Source: an uncultured Gemmatimonadota bacterium (GTDB lineage Bacteria > JAAXHH01). From it: DNA of 64,000 bases. This document shows, one piece after another, positions 47,924 through 57,047 of the stretch (its first letter is position 1; every line of letters starts with the position of its first letter). A program made the translations under genes and the position numbers. The stretch is from the NCBI GenBank assembly GCA_951812955.1, contig OX638340.1, forward strand, positions 2,560,001 to 2,624,000, in the 5' to 3' direction. The notes under the pieces are model-generated. The model did not search any database and had not been told where the DNA came from. It was given only the letters and a program-made list of their open reading frames with translations.

Positions 47924-49603
47924 CTATCCCGCCGCTTGTCCGCTGGGCGTCGGAGAATGACGCCGGTTCCGGTTTCGTCCGTACGACCTTCGACGTCCGC
48001 CCTGTTGCTGGTCGTCCCGCTTGTTGGTCATCCTGTGCGCGATTTTCTCCCGGATGACGGTCACCTTGATGTGCCCGGGATAGGTCAGATCGTTGCGGAT
48101 CTTCTGGGATATTTCGGAGGCCAGTAAGTGCGTCCGGTCGTCGTCTACCTGGTCCGGCCGGACCATGACCCGGATCTCACGGCCCGCGTTGATGGCGTAG
48201 GCGTCGGCCACCCCGTCGAACGCCCGGGCGAGTTCTTCAAGCTCCACCACCCTGCGGACATAGTCTTCAGGGTCATTCCTGCGGGCGCCGGGCCGGGCAC
48301 CCGAAATCGCGTCCGCCGCGGCGACAAGAAACGTGATCGGCGAGGTGATTTCCTCGTTCTCGTCGTTGTGATGGGCGATAATGGCGTTCTTGACTTCCTC
48401 GGGTTCGCCATACTTCTCCGCGAAGGCCAGTCCGATTTCAGGGTGGGATCCCTCCATCTCGTGGTCCAGGGCCTTGCCGACGTCGTGAAGGAGTCCGCAG
48501 CGCCGGGCGAGCAACTCGTCCAACCCGATCTCAACGGCCATCATACCGGTAAGGAACGCCACCTCCTTCGAGTGATCCAGGGCGTTCTGGCCGTAACTGG
48601 ACCGGAACCGCAGCCGGCCGACCAGTTTCATCATCTCGGGATGCATGGGTTTCAATTTAAGCTGGTTGACGGTCTGTTGCCCTTCCGATAGCAGACGGCT
48701 GTCGATCTGTTCCCGTGCCCGCGTGATGATTTCTTCTATTCGGCTCTGGGTGATCTTGCCGTTGGATACGAGATCGGCCATGGCCGTCCGTGCGATTTCC
48801 CTGCGGATGGGATCGAAACAGGAGATGACCACGGCTTCGGGTGTATCGTCCACCATCACCTTGACTTCGCTGGCCGCCTCGAAAGTCCGAATGTTACGGC
48901 CGTCTTTTCCGATTATACGGGCTTTGATCTGGTCGTTGGGCAGGGGAACCACCGCGACGCTCGTCTGCGTGGACTGATCCACCGCGCACCGGCTGATCGC
49001 CAGCGTGACGACATTTCTCGCTTCCCGGTTGGCATTGGTCTGCGCGGTTTTCAGTATGTCCCTTACCCTGTGCTCCGCTTCCTGCTTCACGTCGTGGATG
49101 AGCTCATCGTGAAGCTGTTGCTTGGCTTCTTCCGCGGTCAGCCGGGCCAGGGATTCCAACCGGTTGCGGTATTCAGAGGCCGCTTCCTTCAGCCGGACTT
49201 GCTGCGTGTTAAATTTCTCTTCCAGCTTTTCCAACTCTTCTTCCCTCAGGCCGGCCTGATCTTCCCGATCCTTCAGGCTGTCGAGTCGCTGTTCGCACTC
49301 TTTCTCCCGGACCATCATATCCTGCTCCTGGTTGTCCAGGGCAGACTGCCTGCTGTTGATTTCTACCTCCTGCGCCTCCCGCGCATCATGCCATTTTCTC
49401 TTTTCCTCGAGCAGTTCAGCCCGGCGCTGCACTTCCATTTCCTTGAAAAGGCGCTGCGCGCGTTTCTGAGCTTTTTCCTCCATTTCGCCGGCTTTGCTGC
49501 GCCGCCAGAGCATGCCGATTGCCAGCCCGACAAGACCGGAAATCACGGCCAGCGCGGCCAGAGGCAGCAATAAATCGTTCAGGTTTTCCAATGGGAATTC
49601 CAT
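47924..49603 (-). CDS. rny: ribonuclease Y
   Basis: 559 aa. N-terminal TM LLPLAALAVISGLVGLAIGMLW, coiled coil, KH VVPLPNDQIKARIIGKDGRNIRTFE, HD domain HSKEVAFLTGMMA...LLHDVGKALDHE. Unusual Arg-rich C-terminal tail. Confidence 0.93.
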   Translation of the reverse strand: MEFPLENLNDLLLPLAALAVISGLVGLAIGMLWRRSKAGEMEEKAQKRAQRLFKEMEVQRRAELLEEKRKWHDAREAQEVEINSRQSALDNQEQDMMVREKECEQRLDSLKDREDQAGLREEELEKLEEKFNTQQVRLKEAASEYRNRLESLARLTAEEAKQQLHDELIHDVKQEAEHRVRDILKTAQTNANREARNVVTLAISRCAVDQSTQTSVAVVPLPNDQIKARIIGKDGRNIRTFEAASEVKVMVDDTPEAVVISCFDPIRREIARTAMADLVSNGKITQSRIEEIITRAREQIDSRLLSEGQQTVNQLKLKPMHPEMMKLVGRLRFRSSYGQNALDHSKEVAFLTGMMAVEIGLDELLARRCGLLHDVGKALDHEMEGSHPEIGLAFAEKYGEPEEVKNAIIAHHNDENEEITSPITFLVAAADAISGARPGARRNDPEDYVRRVVELEELARAFDGVADAYAINAGREIRVMVRPDQVDDDRTHLLASEISQKIRNDLTYPGHIKVTVIREKIAHRMTNKRDDQQQGGRRRSYGRNRNRRHSPTPSGQAAG

Positions 49604-50181
49604 AGAACACCCCCTGCTATGAAAACAGCTTATCCCTCAGTAGCGTCGAACCAGGGCTTGATTTCGATAAGCTGGCCGCTGCCGATCCGGAGCGTGGCCG
49701 GGTCGGCGTATGCCGGCAGGGGAGTGTTGCTTACGGGCGAGGAAGGTATGGCACCCGTGTTTTTCGAACCGTTCCGCCGCGGTGGTGTTTATGTGCGTGT
49801 TCCCGACGAGCTGCCGTCGAGCGTCTCCAGAGTTGTCCGCTCAGAAATACCTTAGACCTTTCAGCGTCGAGTAAATACATGCACGTTTCCGCGAATCTCA
49901 ATCTGTATTTGAACAGAACCGGATACCACCTGTTTGCCTGGAACGGAGTCGGCCATATGTTGTGCTTGCCATATTGTTTTCCAAGGCGCCCGGACTTCCT
50001 CGGGAGCGCCCCCACCCTGCCTATCGAGTTACTAAATCAGGTCGTACAGTTACCAAATCAGGTCATGCATTGTTAAAACACCGGTGCATGATCCGGGTTA
50101 GAGCGTTGCGACATTCGACGCGGATAATTCGACTGACCCTGATGGTTGTGGGTGCCGCGTCCATGATACACACATGGTCTT
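49604..50181. other. 578-bp non-coding spacer between ccmF (stop) and rny (start), with a visibly GC-poor core (about 49860-50100)
   Basis: No ORF with protein-like composition on either strand. Contains the direct repeat at 50028-50069 and a GC hairpin GGCGCCCG-GACTTCCT-CGGGAGCGCC (about 49985-50010). Confidence 0.7.
50028..50069. repeat. 21-nt tandem duplication GTTACTAAATCAGGTCGTACA / GTTACCAAATCAGGTCATGCA
   Basis: Read directly. Copies at 50028-50048 and 50049-50069 with 3 mismatches. Confidence 0.9.
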
Positions 50182-52191
50182 TCAAGCGATCGAATCCCGG
50201 GTCCCGGGCACTTGCGTGCGAGGTTCGCCACGCCCATCTCGAATGCCGGTTTTCCTTCCGAATCGATCCGGGAGCAAGAGGATAATCGTCCCCAGCATGA
50301 GCAGCGCCGTACCGATCCAGACCCAGTTTACTAATGGATTAATGTAGACCTTAAATGTAGCTACGTCAAGCGTTTCGTTCAGTTCGGCGAGGACCACGTA
50401 CAGGTCTTCATTCAGCGTCGACCAGATGGACACTTCCGATGTCACCTGGTCCTGAATGGGGTAGATACGTTTCTCCGGAGCCATCATGACGACGGGCTCG
50501 CCATCCACGGAAAGTCGAAGCAGGCCGGCGTAGGACACGTACTCGCCCATGTTGGTCTCGGTGAGGGAATCGAAGTCCAGCGTGTAGTTCTTGATCTGGA
50601 ACGACTCGCCCTCCCGGACCGCGAAGTTCTCTTCCCGGTCGAAGGCGGCCCCGGTAAATCCCACGAACAGAAGTACGATTGAGATATGAACGACGTAACC
50701 GCCGTACCGGCGCTTGTAGCCCATGACCAGGCGGTAGAAAGCCGCGGGGTAGGATTCATCGTTCGTCGAACGGCGTGCGCGGACGCCGCGGTAGAACTCC
50801 AGTCCGATGGCCCCTACGACGAAGGCGCACATGCTGAAGGAAAGCAGGGCGTAGACGTGCCGGATGCCGATAGCGAACAGGATGCCGGCCACGGCGAGGA
50901 AGCAGGCAACGGGTACGGTGAAGTGCCGTTTCAGGCTTTGCACGGACGTCTTGCGCCAGGCGAACAGGGGCCCCGCTCCAGTAAGGAAGAGGAGGAAGAT
51001 GCCCAGCGGTATGTTGATCTGGTTGAAGTACGGTGCGCTCACCGTAATCTTTTCGCCGCTGACCGCTTCGGAAAGCACGGGGAAGATCGTTCCCCAGAGG
51101 ATGGCGAAACATATGCCCACGAGCGCCAGGTTATTCAGCAGGAAGCTGCTTTCCCGCGAGACGAAAGAGTCGAGTTCGTTGCGGGCCTTCAAGGCGCGGC
51201 GCCGGCTGATCAGCAGGCCGAAGGACAGTACCATCGAGACGATGACGAAACCCATGAACATGGGTCCGATGCCCGAAGTGGTGAAGGAATGCACTGAGGA
51301 AACGACACCGCTTCGCGTGAGAAAGGTACCGAAGTAGACCAGGCCGAAGGTCAGGATGATCAGCGTGAAGTTCCAGATCTTCAGCATGCCCTTCTTCTCC
51401 TGGATCATCACGGAGTGGAGAAAGGCGGTGATGGTCAGCCAGGGCATGAGTGCCGCGTTCTCCACGGGATCCCAGGCCCAGTATCCGCCCCATCCCAGTT
51501 CAACGTAAGCCCACCGGCCGCCCAGTATCAGGCCGAACCCCAGGAAGAACCACGCGTAAAGGGTCCATCTGCGGATCGTCCGGATCCAGGTGTCCCCCAG
51601 TTCGCCGGTCATCAGCGCGGCCATGGCAAAGGCGAAGGGAACCACGGTCCCCACGTACCCCTGGTAGAGTATGGGCGGGTGAATGATCATCAGCGGCATC
51701 TGCAGCACCGGGTTCAGGCCACGGCCTTCGCTGGGCACGAAGGGCAGCAGCTCGAAGGGGTTGGCCACGAAAATGAGCAGGGCGATGAAGAACAGGACCA
51801 CCGACATCATCACCGCATGAACGTACGGGATCAGCGTCTGGTTGCGGTCCCGGTTGGTCAGGTGCACCAGCAGCGCGAAGAGGCCCAGGGTCCATACCCA
51901 CAGGAGCAGGGACCCACTCTGACCGGCCCACAGCGCGGTGATGCGGTAGAATTCGGGCAGGGTGCTGCTGGTGTAGGAGGCGACGTATTCCACCTGGAAG
52001 TTGCCGGTGTACAAATGGTACACCAGCACGACGGAAGCCAGCGTCAGCAGGCCGAAAGTGGCGATGACGCCGTGGGCGCCGCTGGCGATCATCTGCGGGT
52101 TCCGCGCCCGGGCGCCGACCACGCTGGTCACGCCGCCGTAGGTCGCCGTCATGAAGGCGAGCAGCAGGCTGAAGTATCCGATTTCGTTCAT
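50182..52191 (-). CDS. ccmF: cytochrome c-type biogenesis heme lyase subunit CcmF
   Basis: 669 aa, about 15 TM segments. Trp-rich WWD motif WAYVELGWGGYWAWDPVENAALMPWL. CcmF-like N-terminus MNEIGYFSLLLAFMTATYGG. Confidence 0.85.
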   Translation of the reverse strand: MNEIGYFSLLLAFMTATYGGVTSVVGARARNPQMIASGAHGVIATFGLLTLASVVLVYHLYTGNFQVEYVASYTSSTLPEFYRITALWAGQSGSLLLWVWTLGLFALLVHLTNRDRNQTLIPYVHAVMMSVVLFFIALLIFVANPFELLPFVPSEGRGLNPVLQMPLMIIHPPILYQGYVGTVVPFAFAMAALMTGELGDTWIRTIRRWTLYAWFFLGFGLILGGRWAYVELGWGGYWAWDPVENAALMPWLTITAFLHSVMIQEKKGMLKIWNFTLIILTFGLVYFGTFLTRSGVVSSVHSFTTSGIGPMFMGFVIVSMVLSFGLLISRRRALKARNELDSFVSRESSFLLNNLALVGICFAILWGTIFPVLSEAVSGEKITVSAPYFNQINIPLGIFLLFLTGAGPLFAWRKTSVQSLKRHFTVPVACFLAVAGILFAIGIRHVYALLSFSMCAFVVGAIGLEFYRGVRARRSTNDESYPAAFYRLVMGYKRRYGGYVVHISIVLLFVGFTGAAFDREENFAVREGESFQIKNYTLDFDSLTETNMGEYVSYAGLLRLSVDGEPVVMMAPEKRIYPIQDQVTSEVSIWSTLNEDLYVVLAELNETLDVATFKVYINPLVNWVWIGTALLMLGTIILLLPDRFGRKTGIRDGRGEPRTQVPGTRDSIA

Positions 52192-52249
52192 TTTTGGACT
52201 CGGATCGTCTGTGTGTTCGGTCTCTTGCTATGCCGCGAACCGCGGCGTC

Positions 52250-52330
52250 CATTGGACTGAGGCGGCCGACCATAGCCCCCCGGCGGCCATCCATAGCCCC
52301 CCGGCGGCCATTGGTCTGAGGCGAATGGCC
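52250..52330. repeat. composite direct repeats in the rpiA-ccmF spacer: CCATAGCCCCCCGGCGGCCAT x2 flanked by CCATTGG[A/T]CTGAGGCG
   Basis: 21-mers at 52270-52290 and 52291-52311 are identical. Flanking CCATTGGACTGAGGCGGCC (about 52250) and CCATTGGTCTGAGGCGAATGGCC (about 52308). Confidence 0.9.
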
Positions 52331-52339
52331 TTACCGACT

Positions 52340-53050
52340 TCAGCTCCTTCGATCCACTTCGATTCGTCCCTCGCCGGAGATGCTCCCGATCAGAACTTCG
52401 GTGGCCAGTCCGACGAAAAGACCGTTTTCCAGGATGCCGGGTATGTTGTTGAGCGTGCTTTCCATTCCGACGGGGTCGTCGATACCATCGAATCGGGCGT
52501 CTACGACCATGTTCCCCTGGTCCGTGATGACCGGTCCGTCCTTTTGAGCCGCCATGCGCAGCACGGGTTCCCCGCCCAGCGCTTCGACGGCCCGCAACAC
52601 GGGTCGTACGGCCATGGGAAGGACTTCCAGCGGCACGGGGCACTTCGATCCCAGCCGGTCGACCAGTTTCGATTCGTCCACGATGACGATGAACCGATCG
52701 GCCATGCCGTCCACGATCTTCTCGCGAAGATGGGCGGCCCCGCGGCCCTTTATCAGGTTCATATCGGGATCTACCTCGTCCGCGCCGTCCACGGCGATAT
52801 CGACCCGGTCCACATCGTCCGGCGTGAACGTGGGAATGGCGTTTTTTCGGGCCTGCACCGACGCGTCGAAGGAGGTGGGAATGCCCTGGATTCGAAGGTC
52901 CTCGTCCCGCACGCGCCGTCCCAGTTCCTCGATCATGAACACCGCCGTCGAGCCCGTGCCCAGTCCGACCACGTCCCCGTGCCGGACCATCCGGGCGGCC
53001 TCGACGCCAACGGTTTGCTTCATCTTACGGGTCAGTTCTTCGGATGGCAT
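52340..53050 (-). CDS. rpiA: ribose-5-phosphate isomerase A
   Basis: In-frame ATG ([12 protein letters not shown]...) inside ORF 52340-53095. [38 protein letters not shown]. Confidence 0.88.
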   Translation of the reverse strand: MPSEELTRKMKQTVGVEAARMVRHGDVVGLGTGSTAVFMIEELGRRVRDEDLRIQGIPTSFDASVQARKNAIPTFTPDDVDRVDIAVDGADEVDPDMNLIKGRGAAHLREKIVDGMADRFIVIVDESKLVDRLGSKCPVPLEVLPMAVRPVLRAVEALGGEPVLRMAAQKDGPVITDQGNMVVDARFDGIDDPVGMESTLNNIPGILENGLFVGLATEVLIGSISGEGRIEVDRRS

Positions 53051-53256
53051 GGCCTGGTTCCCGGGATTCGAGCCGCGTGAACGACAGCGTCCCAAGATAA
53101 GCGGGAACGCCGGGTAAAGTCAACTGATTCCCGTTCTCCTGGAGTCGAGTCCGAATGTCGGCTGGCAGGAATGCACGGGATGGGTCGGCTGGTGATACCC
53201 GGCTTTGCAGGAGCCCGTCCGTGATGCTGGACGGGAAACAGGGCGCGGCGCTTCAT

Positions 53257-53796
53257 TCAGTCGGAACTGCGTCGGAAGGCCATCTGGTTACCGCTGGGGA
53301 AGAAGATCGTGAGAAGGTCTTCTTCGATGGTAATGGTGCAGGGCTCGGAAGGCGCGTCCTCGGCGTCCTTCGGTCTCACCTTCATCGACAGGTCGCTGGC
53401 CTCGAAACCTTCGACCGCATGGCCGCCGGAGAGGTTGTACAGGTGCCGGAAGGTCAGTTTGTCGCCGTCCAGGGTGTAGGTTCCCCCTTCTCCCGAACCC
53501 CGCCGGGGTCCTTCGTCGGTGAAGATGAAGAAGAGGACCGACCAGTCCTTTTTGGTGAACGTGATCAGGCCGGTCAATTCGTGGACCGGTCCGGACTTGA
53601 GCCGGTACGTTTCCGGTTGCCAGGAGCCGCGGATATCAAGCGGTCCGGCCGCGGATTGTGCAGGCGTGTTCGCGGTAGCGTTCGTTTCGGCCGCGGATTG
53701 TGCAGGTGTGTTTGCGGCGGCGGTCGTTACGGCGGCGCCCAGTACCAGGAACGCGGCCAGGGAAATAAGTAGACTCCAGCGCATGGTTGTCCTCAC
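53257..53796 (-). CDS. secreted protein of unknown function (small beta-rich, lipocalin-size)
   Basis: 179 aa. Signal peptide MRWSLLISLAAFLVLGAAVTTAAA. ATGA-type overlap with the upstream dehydrogenase gene. No recognised motif. Confidence 0.5.
   Translation of the reverse strand: MRTTMRWSLLISLAAFLVLGAAVTTAAANTPAQSAAETNATANTPAQSAAGPLDIRGSWQPETYRLKSGPVHELTGLITFTKKDWSVLFFIFTDEGPRRGSGEGGTYTLDGDKLTFRHLYNLSGGHAVEGFEASDLSMKVRPKDAEDAPSEPCTITIEEDLLTIFFPSGNQMAFRRSSD
53647..53730. repeat. in-frame 42-nt tandem duplication encoding ANTPAQSAA-containing 14-aa units just after the signal peptide
   Basis: GGCCGCGGATTGTGCAGG[C/T]GTGTT[C/T]GCGG... repeats with period 42 (53647-53688 and 53689-53730). Confidence 0.85.
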
Positions 53797-54680
53797 GATT
53801 TCCCGGCCAGGTCTATTCCCGACCGATTCAGATAGTCTTCGATGTACGCGAGAAGGTCCGCCTGGGCGTTTCCCTGGTCCTGGAAACGCCTGAGGATCTC
53901 CTCGACCACAGGGCCGAGTTCCAGCGGGACGTCGAGCGTCCTGGCCAGATCGACGCCCAGGTGCATGTCTTTCACGCCCAGGTCAACGGCCGAATACAAC
54001 GGTTTGCCGTCCAGGAACCGTTTCAGGCACCGTTCCATCATCCGGCTCTGGCCCATGCTGGGCCGGATGGCGTCGATCAACGCATGTGGATCGATGCCCG
54101 CCCGCGCGCCGATGGCCATCCCTTCGCACGCGCCGATGAAATTGATGAACATCATGAAATTGTTGACCAGCTTGGTCGCGACGCCGCTGCCGCTGCCTCC
54201 CATGCGGACCACCGTCTTGCCTACGCCGCGCAAGAGGGGTTCGTACCGGTCGAATACGGCCTGCTCGCCTCCGACGAACACGGTCAGGGTGGCGTCCCTG
54301 GCGCCGAAGACGCCGCCACTGATGGGTGCGTCGAGCACGTCGATCCCCCTCGCAGCGCCTTCCCTGGCGATCCGCCGGATGTGTGCCGGATCGCCGGTGC
54401 TCGTGTCGATGTAGACCGCACCGTGGGCAAGTCCTTCGAACACGCCGTCGCCGCCCATGACCACCTCCTCCACGGCGGACGGCCCGGGCAGCGAAGTGAC
54501 GACCGCGTCGGCGTCCGCGGCCGTCTCCCGGGGAGATGCAGCCCACGAAGCTCCGGCGTCCAGCAGGTTGGCGGCCTTATCCTCGCACAGGTCATGGACC
54601 TGCAGGTCGTGCCCTGCCCGCAGCAGGCTCGCGGCCATGGGATTGCCCATGTTGCCCAAGCCGATGAATCCCACGTTCAT
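53793..54680 (-). CDS. NAD(P)-dependent 3-hydroxyisobutyrate/6-phosphogluconate-dehydrogenase-family oxidoreductase
   Basis: 295 aa. MNVGFIGLGNMGNPMAASLLRAGHDLQVHD Rossmann motif; DAPISGG; KLVNNFM. Confidence 0.85.
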   Translation of the reverse strand: MNVGFIGLGNMGNPMAASLLRAGHDLQVHDLCEDKAANLLDAGASWAASPRETAADADAVVTSLPGPSAVEEVVMGGDGVFEGLAHGAVYIDTSTGDPAHIRRIAREGAARGIDVLDAPISGGVFGARDATLTVFVGGEQAVFDRYEPLLRGVGKTVVRMGGSGSGVATKLVNNFMMFINFIGACEGMAIGARAGIDPHALIDAIRPSMGQSRMMERCLKRFLDGKPLYSAVDLGVKDMHLGVDLARTLDVPLELGPVVEEILRRFQDQGNAQADLLAYIEDYLNRSGIDLAGKS

Positions 54681-54688
54681 GGCCGGTC

Positions 54689-55075
54689 CTAACGTGTTTC
54701 GTCGATGGTGGGGAAATCACCCGGTATGGTGATTTCAATCACTTCAAAGTCGTCCGAGAATTCCATCAGTTCATGCTTGACGCCGGGCGCCTGGTACCAC
54801 GCGTCGCCCGCGTTCACCTCGATCTCGCCCACGTCCTCCAGATCGATGCGCGCCCAGCCTTTGAGCAGGTAGTTCATCTGGAATTCGAGTTCGTGGGAAT
54901 GATAGCCCATGGGACCGTCGCAGGACTGTGCCGCGCGGATGACGTGGGCCATGACCCTGCCTTCCGTCGCGGTCTTCATGCCCAGGTCGCGGTACACGAA
55001 ATAGGGCCGTAGTCCCTTGACCCATTCGGCGCCGTCGGACGGGGCCGCGAAGGATTTGGATGTTTTGTCAGCCAT
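54689..55075 (-). CDS. cupin-domain protein
   Basis: Start moved to the in-frame ATG (MADKTSKS...) preceded by SD GAAGGGAG; ORF track start is 55111. Cupin motifs GYHSHELEFQMNYLLKG and GDAWYQAPGVKHE. Confidence 0.72.
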   Translation of the reverse strand: MADKTSKSFAAPSDGAEWVKGLRPYFVYRDLGMKTATEGRVMAHVIRAAQSCDGPMGYHSHELEFQMNYLLKGWARIDLEDVGEIEVNAGDAWYQAPGVKHELMEFSDDFEVIEITIPGDFPTIDETR

Positions 55076-55090
55076 GGTGATGCTCCCTTC

Positions 55091-55170
55091 GATTGAGGAT
55101 TGCAGATTCATTCAGGTCCATTCGAGTTCATTTCGGGTTCATTGAGGTACATTTCTGGTTGTATGATTCG
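55091..55170. repeat. ~10-11-nt periodic low-complexity array (ATTGAGG / TTCATTCAGG / TCCATTCGAG / TTCATTTCGGG / TTCATTGAGG / TACATTTCTGG)
   Basis: Read directly in the 107-nt SDR-cupin spacer. T/A-rich blocks recur at roughly one helical turn. Confidence 0.75.
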
Positions 55171-55182
55171 GAACAGGGATGT

Positions 55183-55971
55183 TCAAGGAATGCCCCTTCT
55201 CCCGCCGCCATCCATGTAGACCGCAGTACCGAAGACGTAAGAACAGGCTTCCGATACCAGGAAAGTCGCCACGTCGGCGATCTCTTCCGGTTCCGCGATG
55301 CGTCCGGCGGGAAGCCCTTCGCCGGCTTCGCGAAGCAGGGCCTCGACGTCGCGGCCCTGCCGGTCGGCCTCCGCCTGCTGCACGTCCCGGGCTCTCTGCG
55401 TGTTCGTCAGCCCGGGACAGATGGCGTTGACCAGGATGCCGTCTCCGGATACGGCGTCGGACAGGGCCCGGGTGCAGTTCAGGACGGCGATGTTGGCCAG
55501 GCTCAACGGGATGTTGACGCGGTCTGGACTCGTTCCCGCGCTGCCGGCGATATGGACGATGCGACCCCACCTGTTCTTCTGCATATACGGGATCACCAGT
55601 TGCGACATCCGCAGGTATCCGTGGGCCTTGAGCGCCATCCCGTCCTCGATCTGCTCAGTGGGCAGCGCCAGGATGTCTCCACCCCGGGCGGCCCCGGCGC
55701 TGTTGATGAGCATGTCGATACCGCCGAAGGTGTCAACAACCTCCTGGACCACCCTTAGGCAATCATCCGGCGAAGTCAGATCGGCCGCGACCGCAAAACC
55801 TTCGCCACCCGCCGCGTTTATGTCGCGGACCGCCTCGTCGAGCAAAGGACGGTTCCGGGCCGTGACGCATACGCGGGCGCCTTCCCGCGCCAGGGCCAGC
55901 GCGCAGCACCTCCCGATGCCCCGGCTTCCGCCGGTGACGATCGCCCTTTTTCCCTGGAGTTTGAGGTCCAT
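55183..55971 (-). CDS. short-chain dehydrogenase/reductase (SDR)
   Basis: In-frame ATG (MDLKLQGKRAIVTGGSRGIGR...) within ORF 55183-56019. NSAG; PGLTNT; classical SDR length. Confidence 0.86.
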   Translation of the reverse strand: MDLKLQGKRAIVTGGSRGIGRCCALALAREGARVCVTARNRPLLDEAVRDINAAGGEGFAVAADLTSPDDCLRVVQEVVDTFGGIDMLINSAGAARGGDILALPTEQIEDGMALKAHGYLRMSQLVIPYMQKNRWGRIVHIAGSAGTSPDRVNIPLSLANIAVLNCTRALSDAVSGDGILVNAICPGLTNTQRARDVQQAEADRQGRDVEALLREAGEGLPAGRIAEPEEIADVATFLVSEACSYVFGTAVYMDGGGRRGIP

Positions 55972-56034
55972 GGTTTCAGCGTCCCGATTGATAGATACGC
56001 GTGGCCGCGGTCCGGTCACAGATATTCGGTTCGA

Positions 56035-57018
56035 TCAAAGTCCAAGCAGCCGGATCGCATTCCCCCCGAGTATGGCGGTCCGGTCGCTCTCCGACAGATC
56101 CATCGCGTTGATGCTCTCGATCATCTTCGGCATGCTCCCGATCTGGTGGGGATAGTCGCTCCCGGCGAGGATTCGGCCGGCGCCCGCGAAGCCCAGGGCG
56201 AAGTGCAGCGCGTCCACGTCGAAGTTCACCGTGTCGTAGTAGAACTGGCTCTTCAGGTAGTCGGTGGGATGGCGCTCCAGGTTGGCGCGGCACTGGGGAA
56301 AGGCCTCGTAGCACCGGTCGAAGCGTTCGGCGAGGTAAGGCACGGCGCCGCCCAGGTGACCCAGTACCCAGCGAATGTTCGGAAACCGCTCCACCACGCC
56401 GCTGAACAGCAGGCTCGCCGTGGCCAGGGTCGTATCCATCAGGAACCCGACCGCGGGCATGAGCATGTAGTCCTTCATGGCCTCCACGCCCAGGGGGAAG
56501 GTGGGATGGATGAAAACGACCATTTCGCGATCGTCCGCCACCTCGTACATGGGCCAGAACCTCGAATCGCTCAGGGCCACGCCGTTGGCGTTGCTGTACA
56601 CACAGGCCCCCTTCAGGCCCAGCGAGCCTACGGCCCGTTCGAGTTCGGCGGCGCAGGCTTTCGCATTGTTAAGCGGAAGGGTGGCCAGTGCGGGGAAACG
56701 GTCGGGATGTTCGCGCTGAATTTCGGCGAAGAGGTCGTTGACCTTGCCGCTCAGCTCGGCGGACCGTTCCGGCGTCTCGATGAGCGTGCCGGGCGCCGTG
56801 AAGGTGATGAGATGGGTGTCGACCCCGGCTTCCGCCATCACTTCCAGGCGCACGTCCATGAGCCGGTGACCAGGTACGAGGATGTTGTAGTCGCCGGGAG
56901 AATGCAGGACCGGATTGCCGTCCTCGTCGTCCGTCACCGTGTAAGCGCTCGGTCCATTCCGGATTTCCTCGACGTAGGCTGGTGGATAGACGTGGTTGTG
57001 AAAGTCTACGATGGGCAT
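56035..57018 (-). CDS. amidohydrolase-2 family metal-dependent hydrolase/decarboxylase (ACMSD/lactonase-like)
   Basis: Start at in-frame ATG 57018 (MPIVDFHNHVYPP, HxH metal motif). FIHP, LGHLGG, GSDYPH. The 147-aa upstream extension of the ORF is Arg/Pro-rich and overlaps the M14 gene. Confidence 0.8.
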   Translation of the reverse strand: MPIVDFHNHVYPPAYVEEIRNGPSAYTVTDDEDGNPVLHSPGDYNILVPGHRLMDVRLEVMAEAGVDTHLITFTAPGTLIETPERSAELSGKVNDLFAEIQREHPDRFPALATLPLNNAKACAAELERAVGSLGLKGACVYSNANGVALSDSRFWPMYEVADDREMVVFIHPTFPLGVEAMKDYMLMPAVGFLMDTTLATASLLFSGVVERFPNIRWVLGHLGGAVPYLAERFDRCYEAFPQCRANLERHPTDYLKSQFYYDTVNFDVDALHFALGFAGAGRILAGSDYPHQIGSMPKMIESINAMDLSESDRTAILGGNAIRLLGL

Positions 57019-57047
57019 GGGGTGTTCTCCGGTCCGCGCACTCAAGA

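Noticed and set aside
49985-50010. Minus-strand CGAGGAAGTCCGGGCGCC resembles the RNase P RNA CR-I motif (GAGGAAAGUCCGGGC). The ~380-nt gap size would also fit rnpB.
   Set aside because: The downstream minus-strand sequence lacks the other universal blocks (GGUAAGGGUGAAA, AGUGCAACAGAGAGCA, ACAGAACCCGGCUUA). The candidate 3' P4 partner (GGCCAGCTTATCG) does not pair with the 5' half. The region is AT-rich, unlike a structured RNA from a GC-rich organism. An Infernal scan with RF00010 would settle it.
50186-50215. tRNA/tmRNA-like T-arm string (CGATCGAATCCCGGGTCCCGGG).
   Set aside because: It lies inside the ccmF coding sequence near its 3' end. No acceptor stem, anticodon arm or CCA context could be built around it.
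53196-53222. Hairpin CCCGTCC-GTGATGCT-GGACGGG downstream of the 179-aa secreted-protein gene, considered as an intrinsic terminator.
   Set aside because: The stem is only 7 bp and no U-tract follows on the transcribed (minus) strand. That is not enough to call a terminator.
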